DNA of 63,876 nucleotides, filler included, from Rhabdomonas costata (Eukaryota): NCBI GenBank assembly GCA_019059605.1. It is 56 parts of 56 records of this genome, joined end to end, with 100 filler letters (N's around TTAATTAATTAA, not from the genome) between each part and the next. Parts side by side here need not be neighbours in the genome. Positions count along the whole stretch, not along the records: positions 62,835 to 63,876 come from JAHMHO010031792.1; 55 more parts are not named here. One strand, 5' to 3'. Shown piece by piece: positions 63,700 to 63,876 of this stretch (position 1 is its first letter; each line of letters starts with the position of its first letter). The notes under the pieces were generated by a model. It saw only the letters and a program-made list of their open reading frames with translations, ran no database searches and was not told where the DNA came from. The position numbers and the translations under genes were made by a program.

Positions 63700-63871
63700 G
63701 TGTATGTGTGTATGTGTGTGTGTGTGCGCGCGCGAAAGGGGGGAAAACGGGAAGGAAAAGAAGAAGAAAAGAAAAGGCGTCCAAGTCAAGACACGAGTAG
63801 CCTGTGCCCACGTGTAGCCTGTGCTCGCACGGGGGGTCGTACAGCAGATGCCGCGTCTGCAGTACGACCCC
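63700..63871 (-). mobile_element. Diverged SINE-like family B copy
   Basis: Minus strand GGGGTC...GACCCCCCGTGCGAGCACAGGCT...CGTGTCTT..pyrimidine tract..(CA)n follows the family layout. Confidence 0.55.
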
Positions 63872-63876
63872 ACAAC

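Overview
This is not a contiguous locus. It is about 56 unrelated contigs of ~1.04 kb, each joined by an artificial 100-nt spacer (N44-TTAATTAATTAA-N44), so synteny across spacers means nothing. Most contigs start with G/T-only runs and end with C/A-only runs, and several end in perfect fold-back hairpins; both point to whole-genome-amplified (WGA) DNA. The source is an intron-rich eukaryote with GT-AG introns and GC3-rich exons. A trypanosomatid-PDEB-like GAF exon and CRE/SLACS-like retroelements hint at a euglenozoan, possibly euglenid, protist (inference only). Recognisable exon fragments: AP-2 mu, PDE GAF, C2, LRR, ARM, WD40 (WDR54-like), BLTP1/Csf1-like, GRDP/DUF1399-like, CBM20-like, Sfi1-like and a CCHC knuckle. 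Mobile DNA includes a frameshifted Merlin/IS1595 transposase, two CRE/SLACS-like non-LTR fragments, a structured SINE-like family (5 copies) and a second complex repeat family. The most interesting items are virus-like: an AT-rich 148-aa-repeat fibre-like ORF (3433-4473), and one contig (29714-30756) where an RNA-virus-RdRp-like N-terminal region runs in frame, across one TAG, into an AT-rich PolB-like region of the kind found in Polinton-like viruses (PLV). All family calls come from motif recognition by eye; no searches were run.
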